64,000 nucleotides of DNA from Ignavibacteriota bacterium. Lineage in GTDB: Bacteria; Bacteroidota; Ignavibacteria; UBA10030. Numbering within the stretch: the stretch's first letter is position 1; every line of letters starts with the position of its first letter. The notes under the pieces are model-generated. The model searched no databases and was not told the origin of the DNA. It saw nothing but the letters and a program-made list of their open reading frames with translations. Position numbers and translations under genes: made by a program. This document shows, piece after piece, positions 58,059-64,000 of the stretch. The stretch spans positions 19,085 to 83,084 of the forward strand of contig CAWBMS010000013.1 of assembly GCA_963790045.1 (NCBI GenBank), given 5' to 3'.

Positions 58059-59018
58059 ATGACAAAGATAGATGTAGTGCTGGGAGTCGATATCGGCGGA
58101 ACCAATACTGCGATGGGATACGTAGATCAAAACGGAACAATCCTCGCGGAAGAATCCATTCCAACTCACGCAGATCGTCCGGCACCGGAATTTTTCGAAC
58201 GGTTTCATCAACATGCAGCATCGCTTTTTTCTGAATTGCAAGAAACATATAATCTTGTCGGAGTTGGATTGGGTGCACCGAATGCAAATTATTACAAAGG
58301 TACCATCGAGCAGCCGCCGAATTTGAGCTGGGATTTTGTCGATGTGGTCGGCACGCTCAAGCAATGGTATTCCATTCCCGTTGTCCTGACAAACGATGCC
58401 AACGCTGCAGCGCTCGGCGAGATGTTGTTCGGCGCGGCAAAAGGAATGAAAGATTTTATCGAGATCACTTTGGGAACCGGAGTCGGCAGCGGCATTGTTG
58501 CGAATGGAAATTTGATTTACGGACACGATGGTTTTGCCGGAGAGATTGGCCATGGCATTATCGATTACAACGGACGGCTGTGCGGCTGCGGACGGCACGG
58601 CTGTTTGGAAACCTATACTTCGGCAAACGGCATTCGCCGTACGGTCGATGAACTTGTTCGCACGACGGCAACGCCGAGCGAACTGCGCAAAATTAAATTC
58701 GAAGACCTTACCTCCAAACAAATATTTGAAGCGGCACAACGCGGGGATGCGCTTGCGCTGGAAGCATTTGAAGTAACAGGAAAATATCTCGGCATGAAAC
58801 TCGCGGATTCCGTTGCATACACAAGTCCGGAGGCGATCATCTTGTTCGGCGGATTGGCGCTTGCCGGCGATTATATCTTTAAGCCCACAAAGAAATATAT
58901 GGAAGAGTACATGCTGAACATCTTTAAAAACAAAGTTCGCTTGCTGCCCTCCGCACTGCCGAAAGGCAACGCTGCAATCCTTGGCGCGGCAGCTTTAATC
59001 TGGAATGAACTGATATAA
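58059..59018 (+). CDS. glk: ROK family glucokinase
   Basis: LGVDIGGTN ATP site; CGCGRHGCLE zinc motif; 319 aa. Confidence 0.85.
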   Translation: MTKIDVVLGVDIGGTNTAMGYVDQNGTILAEESIPTHADRPAPEFFERFHQHAASLFSELQETYNLVGVGLGAPNANYYKGTIEQPPNLSWDFVDVVGTLKQWYSIPVVLTNDANAAALGEMLFGAAKGMKDFIEITLGTGVGSGIVANGNLIYGHDGFAGEIGHGIIDYNGRLCGCGRHGCLETYTSANGIRRTVDELVRTTATPSELRKIKFEDLTSKQIFEAAQRGDALALEAFEVTGKYLGMKLADSVAYTSPEAIILFGGLALAGDYIFKPTKKYMEEYMLNIFKNKVRLLPSALPKGNAAILGAAALIWNELI

Positions 59019-59080
59019 TTTGCCGGATAGAGAAAGGAATTAAACATATCGAATCATAGTATTATCCACAAATATATGGT

Positions 59081-59113
59081 AACGATCCGATCTCTCTCAG
59101 AGATCGGATCGTT
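59081..59113 (+). terminator. stem-loop after glucokinase
   Basis: Perfect 13-bp stem aacgatccgatct/agatcggatcgtt with a 7-nt loop. The U-tract is weak. Confidence 0.5.
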
Positions 59114-59525
59114 TGTGGTAATATTGTTTTCTTGCATTTGGATTTGGGATTTATAACATTGTATTCGATAAGCTTTACCTGAGACGGAATTTTTTAATAA
59201 GTTGTCCCGCCCTGCGATATGGTAGGGACACAATTTATCTTGTCCCTGCTGTGAAGGAGTTAAACTCCTGAACAGAGATGGTCGTGAATGCAACTCCATC
59301 CTATCTTGGTGCTACAAATATTTCTACGGAATATTTGACAGCCTATCGGATATAGAAAAAATAAACAACTCTTCGTTGTGTTGAAGCAGATGGAATTTAT
59401 AATGCTTTTTCAAAGAAAATACTCTCCCTGAACATCTTGAATTGCAAGATGCTCAAGTGTTCTTTTACATTGTGATACACAATGATTGATTGTGGACATT
59501 TTTATGGATGGTCATGATAACCCCT

Positions 59526-59557
59526 CAGTCAAGATGAACAGGTGTTCATCTTGACTG
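59526..59557. repeat. perfect 15+15 palindrome
   Basis: cagtcaagatgaaca-gg-tgttcatcttgactg. Confidence 0.8.
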
Positions 59558-59723
59558 CTCCCCTTTAATAGCAATGTCGAAGTCTATCAAGAGGAAGTCA
59601 CGCGCATGGCAACGCACGCCTGCGGCGGATGAGCAACAGGACTGTACTCCGGGATGTAACACGCTGTGAAGGAGTCCTTGATCTTTTTATTGATTGATTC
59701 GTATGTTTTCATAAGCAATAATT

Positions 59724-59983
59724 TTGCATATTGAGACTATGCACAAACAATTGATAGATGCTTATTGTTTCAAAGAGTATGAATCCTGTGAAACGTTCGC
59801 TCAATTGTTCGGACATCATTTGGTTGGTCTCGCTGCTTTCTGTAGGCCGGAGAATAAAATCTCCCACGGTTTTGTCGAGGGACTTAATATGAAAATCAGC
59901 GATCTTCAACGTGGAACATAGGTCTTAGTGAAGAAGAGTATCTTCAAATGAAAATCTTAAACTGTATGTTGCCTGATTTTTAA
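59724..59983 (+). pseudogene. ISL3-like transposase C-terminal remnant (in-frame stop / frame change at ~59919)
   Basis: ...FCRPENKISHGFVEGLNMKISDLQRGT*, then in the next frame GLSEEEYLQMKILNCMLPDF*. This matches the ISL3 C-terminal pattern SNG.vEG.NnKIK..kR.aYGfrd.eY..lkI. No N-terminal part is present. Confidence 0.55.
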
Positions 59984-60144
59984 CAACGAATACCCGCTCT
60001 TTTTACCCACTCGCTTGGAAAAAGAACCTTAATTTTTAAAAAACTAAAACTCGCTCTCTTTTGAATGACAGAACATAATGCTCCATCGTTGTCCTTAACG
60101 ATTATGAGCATGGAGCCAAATAGAAAATCAATAGGAGAAAAAAC

Positions 60145-63100
60145 ATGAAAAAGAAAAATCGTTTATTGACTATGCTTGTAATGGCGCTTATACTGCCTGT
60201 TGCTATGATGATGTTGATCGCGATGTCTTGGGCAGTGCGCAATGTTACTCCACCCAGACCGGAAGGTCCGTGTGATATTTATGCCGCTGCAGGCAGCCCA
60301 TGCGTGGCAGCCCACAGCAGCACACGTGCGCTGTACGCTTCCTACAACGGTCCGCTTTATCAGGTTATGCGTCAATCGGATGGAAAAACCTTAGACATAG
60401 GCGTGGTTCAGCCCAGTGAAGGTGATCCGGGCGGATACGCCGACGCATCCGCGCAAGACGCATTCTGTGCAAATACATACTGCTGGATCACCACTCTCTA
60501 TGACCAGTCAGGTAAAGGCAATCACCTCGTTCAAGCACCCCGCGGTGGATTCAGTGGTCCGGGAATGGGCGGGTTTAACAACATCCCGATCGCAGACATG
60601 GCACCGATCACAATTATGGGTCACAAGGTTTACGGTATCTTCATTGAGCCGGGAATGGGCATTCGCTTGGACGACACTAAAGGGTACTGCAGTCGACGAC
60701 CAGGCAGAGGGTCAGTATTGGGTCATTAACGGTCACCACTATAATAATGGTTGCTGCTATGACTATGGTAACGCTGAGACCGATAGTCGCGACGACGGCG
60801 ATGGCACTATGGAAACCACCTATTATGGTAACGCCAATTATTGGTATCATGGACAAGATTCAGGCCCGTGGATTATGACCGACCAGGAGAACAACCTGGT
60901 GGGTGGTGTCAACGCTTCTCCAAACGATAAATACCTCCCCAATCTGCCGAGTATCACCTGGCGCTTCGTGACTGCAATGGCAGATGGAGAACCTCATCAC
61001 TGGAGATCTATGGGCGGAGACGCACAGCATGGTGATTTAAAAGTTATGTTCGATGGACCTCGCGTTATCAATGATAAAAACAGCTATGATCCGATGCGCA
61101 AACAGGGAGCGATCCTTTTGGGCAATGGTGGAGATAATAGCAACGGCTCACAGGGTACCTTTTACGAAGGTGCAATGACGGCCCCTGGTACTTTCCCGAC
61201 GAAGGAAACCAACCAGAAGATTCAGGACAATATCGTGGCTGCCAGGTATGATGTGCAGCGTCTGAGCTTAGCTCCGGCGAATGAAATCGCCACACCTCCG
61301 GGACTCCAAACATTCTCACCACAATCTTCGCAGAACACTACCGTCACATTTACAAATACTACTGGAGTGCCTGTGAAGGACGTTACCTTGAGTATTTCCG
61401 CGCCTAAAGGATGGAAATCTGTGGTCTTAAACGCCAAAGAAACTTCGAAGACGTTTGTTGATCCGATAGCGCCGGGTGCGAGTATGAATGCAACTTTTAC
61501 AGTCACCTCTGGGTCAGAGTCATTTAATGGTGATTTGGTCGGCAAAGCATCATGGACGAACACATTGAATGGCAAGAAACAAATCGAGACAATGGCTGAA
61601 AAAGTACGAAATGTTAACCCGATTAAAATTAATGAATTCCGAATTAGCGGCGGTTCTCCCGGCAACTCGACAAATTCATTCATCGAACTCTATAACGCTG
61701 GCAACAGTGCCGTCGATATCTCCAACTGGACTTTGACCTACCACCCGGCCCAATTGCCAATCTTTTCATCGATAAAGATCCTGACTGAAACGAAGCTTGC
61801 CGCGCACGGTTTTTACCTGTTCGGTCTGTCTAATTCAGGGTTGGCAGTTACTGCAAAAAAGGGCGAATCTACTATTTACGTCAGGAACACAATTGGCATG
61901 TCGGTTGGCGATGAAATTGAAATCGACAATGGTTCTGCAATGGAAATTCATAAAATTGCGAGCATCGGTACAGCGGCCGGTCTGGGAGAATCTAAAACAC
62001 CATCTCCGTTTGGTCCTCGTCGTCCAGTCGAACCCGGCACTCCGACAACCGTGTGGCAACCTCTTCCCGATGGCCCGGTGATAACGATTCCCGCAGGCTC
62101 AACCAATCTGCCTGTAACTAGTGTTGACGGCTTCGAAGTTGGCCAGAAAATGGCTATTGGTTATGGTGCAACTTACCCAACCGTTGCTCAAGCTATAGAG
62201 AAATATGAGTTGGTTACAGTTACCAAGATCGGCAAACCTGGTACACAAGCTTACCTGTCGAAAGATGCAAAAGCCGGTGACACGAACATAAAGGTGTCTT
62301 CCGTTACAAACATTTCTGTAGGTGACAAAATCAGATTAGATATTGATAGCAAAGGTCACGGGACCGAGATCGTTACCGTGAAGCATGTTGGCACACAGTC
62401 AGTTCGTAATACTTTGAATGGTCCTTTAAAGGAGACTGATGATTCGGGAACAGGGCTCGATCTGGTAGAACCGCTGAAGTTCAATCATTCATGCAATATA
62501 CCTTTCAGTGTCAGAGGAACTGGAATCAGTTTTGAACCAGCGACGGTTTTTGCTCACTCAAGTAACGAACCCGTTTTGCCGCTTGGCACTGGTATCACAC
62601 TTGATAAACCTCTCATAAGAAATCATGAGATTCACGCGGTTGTGTGTGATCAAAAGGTAACAACTGCCGGCTATCAGGGAACTACAACGCCAAACCAAAG
62701 ATTCGGAGGCCCAGCCCTTTCTTCGAATGCCGGTAGTTTAGTTCTACGTAATGCTGCTGGTCAAATTGTTGATGGCCTCAATTATGGTGGACTTGTCGAT
62801 CCATGGATTGCTGAAGGTTATCAAGCCAATTCAGGAACTGGGGAAAACGGAAACAGTGTACCTTCACCCGGTATGAGTAGAAGTTTTAGATGGTGGCTTC
62901 CTTCATCTACCACACCACCCGATAGAAGTGCAGGCCGCTATCCGGACGGCACCGACAGCGACAATAATGGCCGCGATTTCCTGTTGCAAAACACCACTAC
63001 TCTATTGGTAGCATCAGTCAATGGTTTAAACAATATTAAAGTTGCCAGTGTGGCTGACTTTGCGATCGGACAAAATATTTTTATCGGTTCAGGTGCAAAT

Positions 63101-63445
63101 AGCGAGATAGCTACTATTGCAACCATCGGAACAGCAGGTGGAACTACAATAGGTACTGCCACTAAAATTGGCGCGAATGTTATTCCTATTGCTAGTGTGG
63201 AAGGATTTAGTGCTGGTCAGACCATCACTATTGACAATGGTGAATACCGAGAAACAGCAGTAATCTCTTCCATTACTGTTGGACGTCCTCGTTTTGGCAG
63301 CCGCAATAACGGTCCAATTGACTCCATCACCGTCACCGTGCCATTAACCAAAGTGCACGATGTTGGTGCACAGGTTTCGGGCAGTGGCATTACACTAAGC
63401 GCACCTTTGACTAAAGCTCATGAAAATGGTACACCAAGTATCTAG
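60145..63445 (+). pseudogene. GH54-like alpha-L-arabinofuranosidase catalytic domain fused to a NEW3-like domain, a split lamin-tail domain and five ~40-aa repeats; +1 frame change at ~60682-60685
   Basis: Signal anchor; GPCDIYAAAGSPCVAAHSSTRALYASYNGPLYQV...DAFCANTYCWITTLYDQSGKGNHL... in frame 1. Frame 2 continues TAVDDQAEGQYWVINGHHYNNGCCYDYGNAE...GPWIMTDQENN...LLGNGGDNSNGSQGTFYEGAMT, near-colinear with fungal AbfB as I remember it. AGGAG Shine-Dalgarno before ATG 60145. Confidence 0.8.
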
Positions 63446-63531
63446 TAACATTCCCACACCGGGTGAGCCGAATCAATATTTCAGGAAACCTTAGTGAAGA
63501 CATTCGCAGGGTTTCATTAAACTATTCTATT

Positions 63532-63573
63532 ACTCCGCGGCTCGACAGAAAACTGAGAAACCGCGGAGTTTTC
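63532..63573 (+). terminator. terminator after the GH54 gene
   Basis: actccgcgg ... ccgcggagt (9-bp stem, 20-nt loop) followed by TTTT. Confidence 0.5.
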
Positions 63574-63618
63574 TATTTCAAAGTGTAGGTACATCCAACT
63601 TTGGTTATTTATAATGAA

Positions 63619-64000
63619 ATGATCCGTCTTCAAAAGTCTTGGCCATGGTGGCGATGGATATTGACGGTATTGAATATTTTAGGTCTGGTTTTTAGCATAA
63701 TCTTGAGTTGGCATTATCTGGAAGGAGGAACGATGGTTGGCTGCAGCGGTGGGAGCCCATGTGAACATGTGCTCAATAGCCGTTGGTCAACGATAGCAGG
63801 GGTGTTGCCTGTCAGTGGTTTGGCAGTAGGAGTGTACCTGTCAATTTTTGTTGCCAGTCTATTTATTGATCCGGATACTGAGGCGCCGGTTCGTCGTCTG
63901 GCGTGGAGTGTGTTATTGATACTGGTCGGCTCAGTTGCCGGAAGTGCGATATGGTTCACTATTATACAAAAATGGTTCATTGGGGACTTTTGCCCCTATT
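63619..64000 (+). CDS. vitamin K epoxide reductase (VKOR) family protein, N-terminal part (runs off the window)
   Basis: Not in the ORF track because it has no stop in the window. MIRLQKSWPWWRWILTVLNILGLVFSIILSWHYL...GCSGGSPCEHVLNSRWSTIAGVLPVSGLAVGVY...FCPY shows the VKOR loop cysteines and the start of CxxC. Confidence 0.75.
   Translation, partial: MIRLQKSWPWWRWILTVLNILGLVFSIILSWHYLEGGTMVGCSGGSPCEHVLNSRWSTIAGVLPVSGLAVGVYLSIFVASLFIDPDTEAPVRRLAWSVLLILVGSVAGSAIWFTIIQKWFIGDFCPY

Noticed and set aside
58032-58739. 235-aa minus-strand ORF.
   Set aside because: It is entirely antisense to the well-supported ROK glucokinase gene, a typical shadow ORF. The same reasoning applies to long antisense ORFs inside valS, the M16 peptidase, HtrA, the TonB receptor, the helicase (31439-31981 and 31544-31837) and the metalloprotease (36213-36653).

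Overview
Chromosomal segment of about 60 genes. It is probably from a Fibrobacteres-Chlorobi-Bacteroidetes-group bacterium, possibly Ignavibacteria-like. That guess is inference only and rests on a T9SS C-terminal sorting domain, a TPP-riboswitch-controlled TonB receptor and ribosomal protein Thx. No searches were run; family calls come from motifs read in the supplied translations and in my own translations. Most of the window is housekeeping: zwf (partial), valS, purB, nadE, rsmI, plsY, an HtrA-like protease, ROK glucokinase, a DEAD-box helicase, tRNA-Pro(GGG) and tRNA-Leu(CAG). No rRNA or CRISPR array was seen.

Features beyond routine annotation:
1. Two diverged but clearly related arrays of phase-locked 21-nt tandem units lie at 9385-9782 (+) and 44272-44628 (-). 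Each unit looks like a Shine-Dalgarno-like purine tract plus AUG. Each array sits upstream of, and in the same orientation as, a visibly AT-rich orphan gene. This is the most unusual thing in the window.
2. An AT-rich island encodes a complete Hanks-type Ser/Thr kinase plus an unknown roughly 200-aa module.
3. A TPP riboswitch with a terminator/antiterminator platform controls a TonB receptor, thiamine pyrophosphokinase and a sodium:solute symporter.
4. A 293-bp GIY-YIG nuclease insert is bracketed by a perfect 21-nt duplication of the tRNA-Pro 3' end.
5. A complete IS3-family element with 3-bp target duplication is inserted at the edge of array 2. An ISL3-like transposase remnant lies upstream of a GH54-like (typically fungal) arabinofuranosidase domain, which is fused to a split lamin-tail domain and five roughly 40-aa repeats.
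6. At least eight, possibly nine, otherwise intact genes are broken by single-base frame changes. Eight of the nine candidate sites need one base removed, and four of them sit in short same-base runs. This looks like assembly error rather than decay, so every 'pseudogene' label below is provisional.
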